Position numbers and translations under genes: made by a program | Notes under the pieces: generated by a model | What the model saw: the letters and a program-made list of their open reading frames with translations, nothing else | Database searches by the model: none | Told to the model about the DNA's origin: nothing | DNA from: Eubacteriales bacterium | Lineage (GTDB): Bacteria > Bacillota > Clostridia > Oscillospirales > QAKW01 | Direction of reading: 5' to 3' | Assembly (NCBI GenBank): GCA_045657265.1 | Contig: JAZOSU010000001.1 | Span: forward strand, 2,653-66,652 | DNA: 64,000 bases | Shown: positions 49,746 to 59,892 of the stretch, one piece after another | Layout: every line of letters starts with the position of its first letter | Numbering within the stretch: the first letter of the stretch is position 1

Positions 49746-49940
49746 AAAGATAACTCTCTAACGGAAAATTTCTTTGGAATATTAAAGCAGGAAATGTATT
49801 ACGGCGAAAAATTTGAAAGCGTTAACGCTTTCGTTGATGAATTAAAGAAATATATTCATTACTACAACAATGAACGTATTTCCTTAAAACTAAAAAGAAT
49901 GAGTCCGGTGCAATACCAAACTCATTCACAAGCAATTTAA
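49746..49940 (+). pseudogene. IS3-family transposase C-terminal fragment
   Basis: Translation KDNSLTENFFGILKQEMYYGEKFESVNAFVDELKKYIHYYNNERISLKLKRMSPVQYQTHSQAI stop. This is the conserved tail of IS3/IS150 OrfB integrase cores. No upstream catalytic region is present. Confidence 0.7.
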
Positions 49941-49955
49941 TATTTAGTTTTTTAT

Positions 49956-51353
49956 TTATTTTTTAATGAGTATTTTTACTCCGTCTTTGGTGTCTTCAAG
50001 AATTACACCCATATTGGCAAGTTGATTACGGATTTCGTCTGCTTTTGCAAAATCCTTGTCTTTTCGAGCCTGTGTACGCATATCGACAAGTTCCTGTATT
50101 TCCTGCGGTACTTCTGCGGGAATATCTTTGGTAAGAATATTAAGAACGTTGCAGAGTTCTTTGAGTTTTCCGAGAAGTCCTGTATAAAATTCAGCCGAAC
50201 CGCCTTCTTTTTCGCTGTTTATTTTACGTACCATATCAAATATAACAGAAACGGCATCTGCGGTATTAAGGTCATCGTCCATTTTCTCGCAGAATAAAGT
50301 TTTGAAACTGTCATACTGCGCAAGTAATTCTGTTTCATTTTCGGTAATTTTCTGTGTTTTAGCACTTTTAATTGCAAATTCAAGGTTGTTCTTTGCGGTG
50401 TAAAGACGTTCAAGTCCGCCTTTTGCCGCATTAAGTACGTCAACACTGTAGTTTATTGGGCTTCTGTAGTGAGATGAGAGCATAAAAAATCTGATAGTCT
50501 CATATCCGTATACGTCAGCGGCTTCGCGGACGGTAAAGAAGTTGCCGAGAGATTTGCTCATTTTTTTGCTGTCAACGTTGATGTGTCCGTTGTGGAGCCA
50601 GTAATGTGCAAACTCTACACCGTGTGCAGCTTCCGACTGAGCAATTTCATTTTCGTGATGTGGAAAAACAAGGTCAACACCTCCACAATGGATATCAATT
50701 GTTTTGCCGAGGTATTTTGTTGCCATTGCAGAACATTCGATATGCCATCCCGGTCTGCCCTCGCCCCAGGGAGACGTCCAAGAAGGTTCGCCGGGTTTTG
50801 CGGCTTTCCATATAACGAAATCAAGAGGATCTTCTTTTTTGTCGTTTACTTCAATACGGGCGCCGCTTTTAAGCTCTTCAATATCATAGTGTGAGAGTTT
50901 ACCGTAATCGGGGAACTTGGTTGTGCGATAGAATACGTCACCGTCAACCTCGTATGCCATACCTTTTTCAACAAGAGTTGAAACAAGTCTGATAATATCG
51001 TCAATACATTCTGTAGCTCTTGGGTGAACTGTTGCTTTTCCTACGCCAAGAGCACCTGCATCTTTGTAGTATTCTTCGATAAATCTGTCACCGAGCTCTT
51101 TTACTGTGATACCCTCAGCGTTTGCCCTTTTAATCATTTTATCGTCAATGTCGGTAAAATTCTGCACAAAACGGACTTTTTTACCGCAAAATTCAAAGTA
51201 TCTGCGAAGTACGTCAAAGGTAATAAAAGGTCTTGCGTTTCCTATATGAAAGAAATCGTAAACTGTAGGACCGCAGGCATACATTGTAACGGTACCGGTT
51301 TTGATTTCTTTAAATTCTTCTTTTTGTCTTGTAAGTGTGTTATAAAGCTTCAT
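49956..51353 (-). CDS. cysS: cysteine--tRNA ligase
   Basis: Class I motifs HIGN and KMSKS; 465 aa. Confidence 0.95.
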   Translation of the reverse strand: MKLYNTLTRQKEEFKEIKTGTVTMYACGPTVYDFFHIGNARPFITFDVLRRYFEFCGKKVRFVQNFTDIDDKMIKRANAEGITVKELGDRFIEEYYKDAGALGVGKATVHPRATECIDDIIRLVSTLVEKGMAYEVDGDVFYRTTKFPDYGKLSHYDIEELKSGARIEVNDKKEDPLDFVIWKAAKPGEPSWTSPWGEGRPGWHIECSAMATKYLGKTIDIHCGGVDLVFPHHENEIAQSEAAHGVEFAHYWLHNGHINVDSKKMSKSLGNFFTVREAADVYGYETIRFFMLSSHYRSPINYSVDVLNAAKGGLERLYTAKNNLEFAIKSAKTQKITENETELLAQYDSFKTLFCEKMDDDLNTADAVSVIFDMVRKINSEKEGGSAEFYTGLLGKLKELCNVLNILTKDIPAEVPQEIQELVDMRTQARKDKDFAKADEIRNQLANMGVILEDTKDGVKILIKK

Positions 51354-51981
51354 TTTGATTGTCCTCTAATTTCTTTTCAAGTTTATCAAGCCTTGCCTGT
51401 AATCTGCAAAGTTCTTGCGAAACAGGGTCGGGAATATGAATCTGGTCAAGCTCGGAAACAGGACGTCCGCCTTTTCTGACAACTCTTGCAGGTACGCCTA
51501 CTGCAGTACAGTCGTCGGGAATATCAGTCAGCACAACGGCACCTGCGGCAATCTTAACGTTGTTGCCTATATTGACAGGCCCAAGCACTTTTGCGCCTGC
51601 GCCTACCATTACGTTGTTGCCGAGGGTAGGGTGACGTTTTCCTGTGTCTTTACCTGTACCGCCGAGAGTTACACCCTGATAGATAATGCAGTTGTCACCT
51701 ATCTCTGCAGTCTCGCCTATTACAACTCCTGTGCCGTGGTCGATGAAAAATCCTTTTCCTATTGTGGCGCCGGGATGTATTTCTATTCCTGTTTTGAATT
51801 TTGCTCGTTCGCTAAGCCAACGGGCAATAAAATATCTGCCTTTAAGCTGGTGCTTGTGAGCGCGTCTGTAGTATCTGAGCGCACGGAATCCCTTATAAAG
51901 AAGGTATATTTCTATATCACTTCTTGCGGCAGGGTCGCGCTGTTTTATAAAATCAATTTCGTATCTGTATTTGTTAAACAT
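51340..51981 (-). CDS. cysE: serine O-acetyltransferase
   Basis: Hexapeptide-repeat left-handed helix ([28 protein letters not shown]); 213 aa; adjacent to cysS. Confidence 0.9.
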   Translation of the reverse strand: MFNKYRYEIDFIKQRDPAARSDIEIYLLYKGFRALRYYRRAHKHQLKGRYFIARWLSERAKFKTGIEIHPGATIGKGFFIDHGTGVVIGETAEIGDNCIIYQGVTLGGTGKDTGKRHPTLGNNVMVGAGAKVLGPVNIGNNVKIAAGAVVLTDIPDDCTAVGVPARVVRKGGRPVSELDQIHIPDPVSQELCRLQARLDKLEKKLEDNQNEAL

Positions 51982-51985
51982 AGCT

Positions 51986-52561
51986 TTATTTAGTAGGGTC
52001 GATGAAATTTTTGTTCTGGTTTACATATACTGCGCCGCTTATTATTGTAAGCACTGCGCTTATCCATAGTACAACGTTTGTAACTATTGAAACTATAATC
52101 GTTACAGTTTCGGGTACTGAAATTATACTTAAAAAGTACTGAGTTGCAAGTACGTAGATTATAGCGGACATCTGGCTGACTGTTTTTGCTTTGCCCCACA
52201 TATTAGCCGCAATAACTACGCCTTTGCCTGAAGATATAAGACGGAGTGAGGTTATGAGAAATTCACGGATAAGAACAATGAATGTTATCCAGGTAATTCC
52301 CTTGCCGATACCGAGGCTGATAAACGCAAGATACGCGGCTGTTGTCAGCATTTTATCTGCAAGGGGATCGAGAAACTTTCCGAAATCGGTAATTAAATTG
52401 TATTTTCTTGCCATTTTACCGTCAATCAAATCTGTGATGGAAGCTGCGGCAAAAAGTACGAGAGCTACAAGATAATGATGTGGGAAATTTATAAGCATTG
52501 CCGCCATAAAAAGCGGTGTCATAAATATTCTGAGAACTGTCAGCTTGTTTGGTGTATTCAC
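51986..52561 (-). CDS. pgsA: CDP-diacylglycerol--glycerol-3-phosphate 3-phosphatidyltransferase
   Basis: CDP-alcohol phosphatidyltransferase motif DLIDGKMARKYNLITDFGKFLDPLADK. Confidence 0.9.
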   Translation of the reverse strand: MNTPNKLTVLRIFMTPLFMAAMLINFPHHYLVALVLFAAASITDLIDGKMARKYNLITDFGKFLDPLADKMLTTAAYLAFISLGIGKGITWITFIVLIREFLITSLRLISSGKGVVIAANMWGKAKTVSQMSAIIYVLATQYFLSIISVPETVTIIVSIVTNVVLWISAVLTIISGAVYVNQNKNFIDPTK

Positions 52562-53892
52562 TTTACTATTTCTCCAATCAATTCAAAATCCATACATTCT
52601 GTGATTTTTACTTTTATTATTTCTCCTGCTATAAGGTTTCTGTCAGATGTAAAGAAAATTTTTCCGTCAATGTCGGGAGCTTCCTTGGGACTTCTGCCAA
52701 AGAAACATTCTGCATATCTGTCAAACCCTTCCACAATAACAGGAACAACTGTTGATATAAGGTTTTGCTGTTTTTCAAGAGCAATTTCCGACTGTAAAAG
52801 CTCAATAGCTTCTGCTCTTGACGCTTTTATATCATCTGCAATCTGACCTTCCATATCATATGCGGGTGTTTCTTCTTCGGGTGAATATGTGAAGACGCCT
52901 AATTTATCGAACTTTGCTTTTTTCAGGAAATTACAGAGTATTTCAAAATCTTCTTCTGTTTCCTGCGGAAATCCTACCATAATGGTTGTGCGAAGCTCAA
53001 CGTCTTTTATTTCACGTCTGAGTTTTTCTATAAGCTCAAGCAGAGATTTGTCATTTCCCGGTCTGTTCATTTTTGAAAGAACGTTTCCGCTTGCGTGCTG
53101 GACCGGCATTTCAATATATTTGACTATTTTATCCTGAGTTTTAAAAACTTCGATAAGCTCGTCTGTGATTTTATCGGGATACAGGTACATAACTCTCAGC
53201 CAACAAAGTCCCTCAATTTCGCAAAGTTTTGTTAAAAGCTCAGGGAGTTTTCTCTCGCCGTATATGTCTATACCGTAGTTTGATGTATCCTGTGCAATTA
53301 CAATAAGCTCTTTTGCGCCGCCACCGACAAGTTTTTTAGCTTCTGCAACAATGTTTTCCATGTGTCTTGATTTGAAAGGACCGCGTATATCGGGTATTGC
53401 GCAGTAACTGCAACGGTTGGAACAACCGTCTGCTATTTTAAGGTATGCGCTGTAGTTTGGAGTTATGAGATATCTGTCACCCTCAAGCTGAATGTTTGAA
53501 AGGTCATCAAACATCATAACTCTTTCACCTGCCATAACTTTTTCTATGGCAGTGACTATTTTGTCAAAACTGCCCACACCTACAAAACCGTCAACCTCGT
53601 AAAGTTCTTCGGCTATGTTGTCACTGTATCTTTGGGCAAGACATCCGCAGACGATTATTTTTGAAAGTTTCTTTTCGTTTTTAAGCGCTGCAACTTCAAA
53701 AATAGTATCAAGGGCTTCTCTTTTTGCATCTTCAATAAATCCGCAGGTGTTTATAACGGTAACGTCGGATTTTTCCGCCTCGCCCGTTATTTTATATCCT
53801 GCATTAACAACAGCGGCTATCATATGCTCTGTGTTTATCTGATTTTTTGCACAGCCCAGAGATATAAAACCTACTGTAATATCTTTATTCAT
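52558..53892 (-). CDS. rimO: ribosomal protein S12 methylthiotransferase RimO
   Basis: UPF0004 N-terminal domain (ISLGCAKNQ), radical SAM CSNRCSYC and a C-terminal TRAM domain. Confidence 0.85.
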   Translation of the reverse strand: MNKDITVGFISLGCAKNQINTEHMIAAVVNAGYKITGEAEKSDVTVINTCGFIEDAKREALDTIFEVAALKNEKKLSKIIVCGCLAQRYSDNIAEELYEVDGFVGVGSFDKIVTAIEKVMAGERVMMFDDLSNIQLEGDRYLITPNYSAYLKIADGCSNRCSYCAIPDIRGPFKSRHMENIVAEAKKLVGGGAKELIVIAQDTSNYGIDIYGERKLPELLTKLCEIEGLCWLRVMYLYPDKITDELIEVFKTQDKIVKYIEMPVQHASGNVLSKMNRPGNDKSLLELIEKLRREIKDVELRTTIMVGFPQETEEDFEILCNFLKKAKFDKLGVFTYSPEEETPAYDMEGQIADDIKASRAEAIELLQSEIALEKQQNLISTVVPVIVEGFDRYAECFFGRSPKEAPDIDGKIFFTSDRNLIAGEIIKVKITECMDFELIGEIVK

Positions 53893-54514
53893 AATCTTCC
53901 TCCGAATCGGAAAGTATAGTTGTTATAGAGTCGTAGTCGTAGCCGTATCTTATAAGAGCGGAAATTAATTTTGAAACGCCTTTTCTGTCCGATTGGTCAT
54001 ATCTGAATTTTTTGTCACACAAAACTTTGATATTACCGTCAAAATCGGTTTCAAGTTCTGCTATACAGTTTTCTGCAAGGTCTTTTGATATACCTTTGAT
54101 GCAAAGCTCCTGAAGTATTCTTCTGGGTCCGTATAATTTAGACGACGCAAGATATGATGCAAAAGCTTTAGCATACCGCTCGTCATTTATATATCCCGAC
54201 TTTTCAAGGTCATGGCAGACAGTCTTACAGATATCCGCATCAAACCCGAATCGGTTTAATTTCTTGAAAAGAGCATTCTTTGACAAATCACCGTAGGACA
54301 AATAGTTGTAAGCTTTAGCTTTAGCTTTTGTAAGGGAAACGGCAGACTCAATTTCAGACAGTCTCTCACTGTCAATTTCATCTCCCACCCGAATACCCGA
54401 TTCAATAACTGCATCCTCGGAAATGGTAAGTATAAGTTCTCCGTCTGCATATATGTCAAAATAACCTTTTTTATCGGGAACGGGCAGAATTTCCGTTATA
54501 TTACTCAAAATCAT
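53885..54514 (-). CDS. recX: recombination regulator RecX
   Basis: 209 aa starting at ATG 54514 ([12 protein letters not shown]...) with helical repeats typical of RecX. The longer 312 aa ORF overlaps recA out of frame. Confidence 0.75.
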   Translation of the reverse strand: MILSNITEILPVPDKKGYFDIYADGELILTISEDAVIESGIRVGDEIDSERLSEIESAVSLTKAKAKAYNYLSYGDLSKNALFKKLNRFGFDADICKTVCHDLEKSGYINDERYAKAFASYLASSKLYGPRRILQELCIKGISKDLAENCIAELETDFDGNIKVLCDKKFRYDQSDRKGVSKLISALIRYGYDYDSITTILSDSEEDYE

Positions 54515-55595
54515 CAGCGGAAACGTCAATACTTGCAGAAGCAGCAGATTTTGCGGTTTCAGCTTTTGCGGCAGGTTTTGCCGTAGCTTTTTTGTCATCT
54601 GTTTTTGCATCTGCATTTGCAAGACATTCACGGATTCTTGCTTCAACCTCGTCAGAAATATCAGCATTGTCTCTGAGGAATTTCTTGGCAACTTCTTTAC
54701 CCTGACCAATTCTTGTCTCACCGTATGAGAACCATGTACCGCTTTTTTTGATAATACCGAATTCAACGCCAAGGTCAACAAGCTCTGAGTATTTGGAAAT
54801 ACCTTCGCCGTACATAATGTCAAAAGTAGCTACCTTGAAAGGCGGAGCAACTTTATTTTTAACAATTTTACATTTTACAGTGTTACCGACAATGTCAGCA
54901 CCGTTTTTGATAACGTCAGTTTTTCTGATGTCAATACGTACAGATGCATAGAACTTGAGAGCGCGTCCGCCTGTTGTTGTTTCAGGGTTGCCGTAAAGAA
55001 CACCGACTTTTTCACGAAGCTGGTTGATGAAAATAGCAACACAGTTACTTTTTGAAATTACACCTGCAAGTTTACGCAGAGCCTGTGACATAAGTCTTGC
55101 CTGAAGACCAACGTGAGATGCACCCATATCACCCTCGATTTCTGCTTTGGGAACAAGAGCTGCAACAGAGTCAACTACAACAACGTCAATAGCACCGGAA
55201 CGTACAAGAGCTTCTGTGATTTCAAGAGCCTGTTCACCTGTGTCGGGCTGAGAAACAAGCACGTTGTCAACGTCAACACCAAGAGCCTCTGCATAAACAG
55301 GGTCAAGAGCGTGTTCCGCATCTATAAAAGCGACTTCGCCGCCGCGTTTTTGAGCTTCTGCAATAACGTGAAGAGCAACGGTAGTTTTACCTGAAGATTC
55401 GGGGCCGTAAATTTCAACTATTCTGCCCTTTGGAACGCCGCCTATACCGAGGGCTGCATCGAGTGCCAGTGAACCTGTGGGAATAATATCAACTTTCATA
55501 TTTGTATTATCACCCAGTTTCATAACAGCGCCGTCACCGTACTGTTTTTTTATCTGAGCAAGAGCTGTTTCCAGCGCATTTTTCTTATCTACCAT
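54501..55595 (-). CDS. recA: recombinase RecA
   Basis: Walker [11 protein letters not shown]1/L2 loop regions, and an extended acidic/Ala-Lys-rich C-terminal tail. Confidence 0.97.
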   Translation of the reverse strand: MVDKKNALETALAQIKKQYGDGAVMKLGDNTNMKVDIIPTGSLALDAALGIGGVPKGRIVEIYGPESSGKTTVALHVIAEAQKRGGEVAFIDAEHALDPVYAEALGVDVDNVLVSQPDTGEQALEITEALVRSGAIDVVVVDSVAALVPKAEIEGDMGASHVGLQARLMSQALRKLAGVISKSNCVAIFINQLREKVGVLYGNPETTTGGRALKFYASVRIDIRKTDVIKNGADIVGNTVKCKIVKNKVAPPFKVATFDIMYGEGISKYSELVDLGVEFGIIKKSGTWFSYGETRIGQGKEVAKKFLRDNADISDEVEARIRECLANADAKTDDKKATAKPAAKAETAKSAASASIDVSADDFE

Positions 55596-55628
55596 TTTAT
55601 TTACTCCTAAACATAGTTATATACAGTA

Positions 55629-55657
55629 ATTATATAATTTTATGTATACAATGTCAA
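55629..55657 (-). promoter_or_regulatory. consensus sigma-A promoter of recA
   Basis: The minus strand reads TTGACA (55657-55652), 17 nt spacer, TATAAT (55634-55629). The spacer contains the palindrome TGTATACA (55643-55650). Confidence 0.6.
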
Positions 55658-55768
55658 TAATTCAAAATGGATTTTTGAGGTTGACTATTATGTGAGGTTG
55701 GTGTACTATTATATAGATAGATGTTTTTGCGTATATAGTCAGTAAGTATAATGAAACGGAGATTTGTT

Positions 55769-57610
55769 ATGAAATATCTGAAAAATCTGCTGAACAGTAA
55801 AACACGCACTTTTATTTTTGCATTTGACGCTCTCTGTCATGCGATCATTTGCCTTATTGCAATTCTTATACTAAACACTTTCGGAGTGAAAATTGCTTTT
55901 ACCATAATTGCACTCAGATTTGCATTATTTATGATATCGGCTATCGTTTTCAGGCTTCACAATAATATTGACAGCGGTTTTGAAACGCTTATAAGGAGTG
56001 TAATTACCGTATTTGTAACGTCGGGAGTATCACTTTCGGTATTTCTTCTTTGTGATATTATAAAACCTGAACTTGCATGTGAATTTTTTGTGCCGGATAT
56101 TATTGCGTTGCTTGTTATTTATATTATTCGCGCTATGTATAGCTACTATATTCACGAGTATAAAAAACAACTCGCAAAAGAAGTTAAACATCCTACGCTT
56201 ATTGTAGGAGCGGGAACTGCAACCCGTTTGCTTTTAGGTGAGCTTGAAGCGATAAATTCCAAATACTACCCCGAATGTCTTGTAGATGACGACGTTGCGA
56301 AACTTCATACCAAGCTTATGGGCGTTCCTATTGTAGGTACTATTGATGATATACCTGCTATAGTTGAAAAGAGGAATATACATACAATTATTATTTCAAT
56401 ACCTTCTGCCGAAGTGGAATCTATGAACAGAATAATTGAAAAATGCACAAATACCCATTGTTTTATAAGAACGCTTCCCTCTGTATCCGAGCTTATTGAA
56501 CATAACAGAAAATGTCTTACTTCAATGAAAGATATTGCAATGGAAGACCTGCTGAGCAGAGAGCCTATTACCGTAGATACCTCCAAGGTACAGGAAATGG
56601 TACAAAATAAGGTGTGTATGGTAACAGGTGGCGGCGGATCTATTGGTTCAGAGCTTTGCAGACAGATAATTTCATATAAACCAAAAAAACTTGTTATTGT
56701 TGATATTTATGAAAACAATGCGTACGATATACAGCAGGAACTCAGACTCAAATACGGTGCATACGTTCCTCTTTCGATAGAAATCGCTTCTGTGCGTGAT
56801 CTTGACAAGATGGAAGTTCTATTTAAAAAATACAAACCGAATCTTGTTTTTCACGCAGCTGCGCATAAACATGTTCCGCTTATGGAATATGCCGCAGAAG
56901 AAGCGGTGAAAAACAACGTGTTCGGCACTTATAATATGGCAAATCTTGCGGTTAAACATAAAGTTGACAGATTTTTGCTTATTTCAACTGACAAAGCGGT
57001 TAACCCTACAAACGTCATGGGTGCGTCAAAAAGATGCTGTGAAATGGTTATCAAACATTTTTCAAATATACAGAAAGAAACTGTATTTGTAACAGTAAGA
57101 TTCGGTAACGTACTTGGGTCAAACGGTTCAGTTGTCCCGCTTTTTGAAAAACAGATTCAGAAAGGCGGACCTATAACTATTACCCATCCTGAAATCACAC
57201 GTTATTTTATGACTATACCCGAAGCAGTGTCTTTGGTACTTCAGGCAGAAACCATGGCGCTTTCAGGCCAGATTTTTGTTCTTGATATGGGTAAACCTGT
57301 TAAAATAGTAACTCTTGCCGAAAACCTTATCAAGCTTTGCGGATTCCGTCCGTATAAAGATATTAAGATAGAATTTATAGGTCTTCGCGAAGGCGAAAAA
57401 CTTTATGAAGAACTTTGTCTTGACGAAGAAGAAACAATGCCTACCTATAACAAGAAAATATTTATCGGAAGCCATATTGCATTGGCGAAGGATTTTGAGA
57501 CTAAGCTTGAAAAACTGCGTGAGTATGCAGAAAATAACGATTCGGTCAACGTTATAAAACAGCTTGAACAACTTGTGCCCACATATTCCCCTGACAAAAG
57601 AATACATTAA
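55769..57610 (+). CDS. membrane-bound polysaccharide biosynthesis protein, CapD/PglF/WbpM-type NDP-sugar 4,6-dehydratase
   Basis: N-terminal TM helices, then two Rossmann regions (VGAGTA, VTGGGGSIGSEL) and an SDR catalytic region. ATG 55769 follows GGAGA; the alternative is ATG 55751. Confidence 0.85.
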   Translation: MKYLKNLLNSKTRTFIFAFDALCHAIICLIAILILNTFGVKIAFTIIALRFALFMISAIVFRLHNNIDSGFETLIRSVITVFVTSGVSLSVFLLCDIIKPELACEFFVPDIIALLVIYIIRAMYSYYIHEYKKQLAKEVKHPTLIVGAGTATRLLLGELEAINSKYYPECLVDDDVAKLHTKLMGVPIVGTIDDIPAIVEKRNIHTIIISIPSAEVESMNRIIEKCTNTHCFIRTLPSVSELIEHNRKCLTSMKDIAMEDLLSREPITVDTSKVQEMVQNKVCMVTGGGGSIGSELCRQIISYKPKKLVIVDIYENNAYDIQQELRLKYGAYVPLSIEIASVRDLDKMEVLFKKYKPNLVFHAAAHKHVPLMEYAAEEAVKNNVFGTYNMANLAVKHKVDRFLLISTDKAVNPTNVMGASKRCCEMVIKHFSNIQKETVFVTVRFGNVLGSNGSVVPLFEKQIQKGGPITITHPEITRYFMTIPEAVSLVLQAETMALSGQIFVLDMGKPVKIVTLAENLIKLCGFRPYKDIKIEFIGLREGEKLYEELCLDEEETMPTYNKKIFIGSHIALAKDFETKLEKLREYAENNDSVNVIKQLEQLVPTYSPDKRIH

Positions 57611-57646
57611 AAAAAGCTCCTTGAAAAATTATTTCAAGGAGCTTTT
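57611..57646. terminator. bidirectional intrinsic terminator
   Basis: AGCTCCTTGAAA/TTTCAAGGAGCT stem flanked by A5 and T4. Confidence 0.6.
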
Positions 57647-57651
57647 AGATT

Positions 57652-59097
57652 TTATCTGATAACATCGGTTCCTTTTGCGGTTTCCGAGGCGTTTGCAAGA
57701 TGCTTTTTGTGTTCTTCGGCAGTTACCGAAAAGGTTGTTTTTGTTCCGTCACTTATGAAATACATATATCCTGAGCTTTCGGGGTTTATTACAGCCTGAA
57801 TTGCCGCGAGACTCGGTGTACATACGGGACCTGTGGGCAGACCCGTATAAATATACGTATTATAAGAACTGTCAGTTAATTTGTCGTCAGAATTTAAAAC
57901 TTTTTTGCTTTGCGCAAGTACGTAGTTTATGGTCGACGTAAGCTGAAGATAATTTTCAACAGGGTTTGAAAGTCTGTTTGCAAGAACTGAAGCGACGGTT
58001 TTATAGCTGTCCGCATTGTCACATTCTGCATAAACAAGAGAAGCCGTTGTTATAATCTCGTCAAGACTTTTGCCTGTTTTTTCAATAAGAAGTTTGTTTT
58101 CTTCGGTAAGAACAGTCTGCTCAAATCGCTCAAGCATTTTTGAAACGATAGAAATTGCACTTTCGCCTTTTGCTATTTCGTAATCGCCTGCAGGCAGATA
58201 CCCTTCAAGTCTGCAACGTCGGTCGGGTAGATTACGGACAAACTCAAATTTTTCATAGTCGTATGAATTGAGCGCCGAATCAAGCTCGGTTATGTTTGCA
58301 TATTTTCCTGCTGTGAGAATTTCTGTTATATCGTCCTGAGTTGCGCCTTCTGGAATGGTCAGCTTTAACATTTCAGCCTGTGCGGATGTACGTTTTAGCT
58401 TTGAAATTATCTGATTATAATCAAGCCTTGAATTTAAAGTGTAATCACCAAACTGGAATTTTCCGTCAGCTTTTTTGATGAATTTACTGTAAAGAGCAAA
58501 AACTGTAGGGTGTTTTATAACACCTGATTCTTTAAGTATTTTTGAAATAGCAGGTGTTGTGCTTCCCTCAGGAATTGTAACAACTATATTCTCGTCGGGT
58601 TTTATAAATGCAAAAATATCATTACTTATATTTACAATTCCGAAAGTGAGAAAAAGTGCAACAAGGACACAGATTCCGTAAAATCTCACGTGTTTCATAT
58701 ATCCTTTTACGTTTTCCTGAGAAAACCACATTTTCCAGTTGAAATTCTTTTTCGGGTAAATTTCTTTTTTGATTGTTTCGGATTTTTTTGTTTTATGAAC
58801 GTTTACGGGGTCTGAAATAATAGTTTCTTCGATAATTCTCGTTTTGTCAGATGCCTGTTTTCTGATGTTTGGAGTAACAATGGTATCTGAGCTTACTTTA
58901 GGAGAAACTATTGTATCTGAAGTGACTGAATCTGTATTTTTTACAGCGGGAGTGATTATAGTATCTGAGCTTACGGTATCAGGTTTTTTGATATCGTCAA
59001 AGATAATATTTCTGCTTTGAGGCTTGTAACTGCCCGTAACTCCCGGATAACTACCCGTAATATTACGTTTTTTATTTGAAGAATTATCGTTTGGCAT
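57652..59097 (-). CDS. mltG: endolytic murein transglycosylase MltG (YceG-like) with a long N-terminal extension
   Basis: TM helix followed by a YceG domain (LTIPEG, YNTYIYTGLPTGPVCTPS). The cytoplasmic N-terminus carries SDTI(I/V)(T/S)P repeats. Confidence 0.85.
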   Translation of the reverse strand: MPNDNSSNKKRNITGSYPGVTGSYKPQSRNIIFDDIKKPDTVSSDTIITPAVKNTDSVTSDTIVSPKVSSDTIVTPNIRKQASDKTRIIEETIISDPVNVHKTKKSETIKKEIYPKKNFNWKMWFSQENVKGYMKHVRFYGICVLVALFLTFGIVNISNDIFAFIKPDENIVVTIPEGSTTPAISKILKESGVIKHPTVFALYSKFIKKADGKFQFGDYTLNSRLDYNQIISKLKRTSAQAEMLKLTIPEGATQDDITEILTAGKYANITELDSALNSYDYEKFEFVRNLPDRRCRLEGYLPAGDYEIAKGESAISIVSKMLERFEQTVLTEENKLLIEKTGKSLDEIITTASLVYAECDNADSYKTVASVLANRLSNPVENYLQLTSTINYVLAQSKKVLNSDDKLTDSSYNTYIYTGLPTGPVCTPSLAAIQAVINPESSGYMYFISDGTKTTFSVTAEEHKKHLANASETAKGTDVIR

Positions 59098-59247
59098 TTG
59101 TAAAGACCACCTTCAACATTCAATTCATTATATATAATATATTATATCCAAGCACACTTAAAGTCAAGTATGTTAATTTTTGTGATATTTCTTGACATAA
59201 ATAATTATATGTTATATTTTAATAATATAATTACGCGGAGGTAAAAA

Positions 59248-59772
59248 ATGAATTCAGATTACACAGTGTTACCGTTTCTTGATATCACAGTAACAACAAG
59301 ACTGCTTATTGTTACTTTTTTAGTTTTTGTTTTCACTCTTGTTGTAAAACAAATAATTTTTAAAAATTCAATGACTTTGCATAGAGCGCCCGTCAGCGTG
59401 ATTTTTGCATATATCTGCTGCAGTGTGGTAAACGTGATGTTCTGTACTTTTCTGTATTGGTATTGGGCGGTTTTTCTTTGTACGGTAATGTCTCTGATTT
59501 ACGCGTTTACAACAGCAAGAGAGGTTAAAGAATCAGGCGAAGAAGAACGCATGGGCATTTTCGGACTTAATAAAGATATAAGACGGATAAGGGGAGAATT
59601 GTTTAATGATATGTCGGTAGAACAGCAGATTGAGTACAGAAAAAACGTAAAAGAATACGGATTTTCAAAAATTCTGTTTGTTGTAATTACTCTGATAATT
59701 CCTGCACTTGCAATAGCAGTATTTCATTTTCTTAATATAGGATATCTTTTCTTCCCTGTACTTGTTTCATAA
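59248..59772 (+). CDS. hypothetical membrane protein
   Basis: 174 aa with about four hydrophobic helices around a charged central loop. GGAGG RBS. No family recognised. Confidence 0.5.
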   Translation: MNSDYTVLPFLDITVTTRLLIVTFLVFVFTLVVKQIIFKNSMTLHRAPVSVIFAYICCSVVNVMFCTFLYWYWAVFLCTVMSLIYAFTTAREVKESGEEERMGIFGLNKDIRRIRGELFNDMSVEQQIEYRKNVKEYGFSKILFVVITLIIPALAIAVFHFLNIGYLFFPVLVS

Positions 59773-59775
59773 AAT

Positions 59776-59815
59776 AAAAAAGATGCACGAAAAAATTCGT
59801 GCATCTTATTTTTTT
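59776..59815. terminator. intrinsic terminator
   Basis: AGATGCACGAA/TTCGTGCATCT stem with flanking A-run and T-run. Confidence 0.6.
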
Positions 59816-59892
59816 GATAGATAGGAAAATTTATTTCTCCTTGATTTTCCCGCTTTTTGCGTTTTGGAGAAATTTTACATCCCCATTTTTAA

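Noticed and set aside
53885-54823. 312-aa version of the recX ORF
   Set aside because: Its first 103 codons overlap recA in another frame and look non-protein-like ([16 protein letters not shown]...QMQMQKQ). The RecX-like sequence begins at the ATG at 54514.
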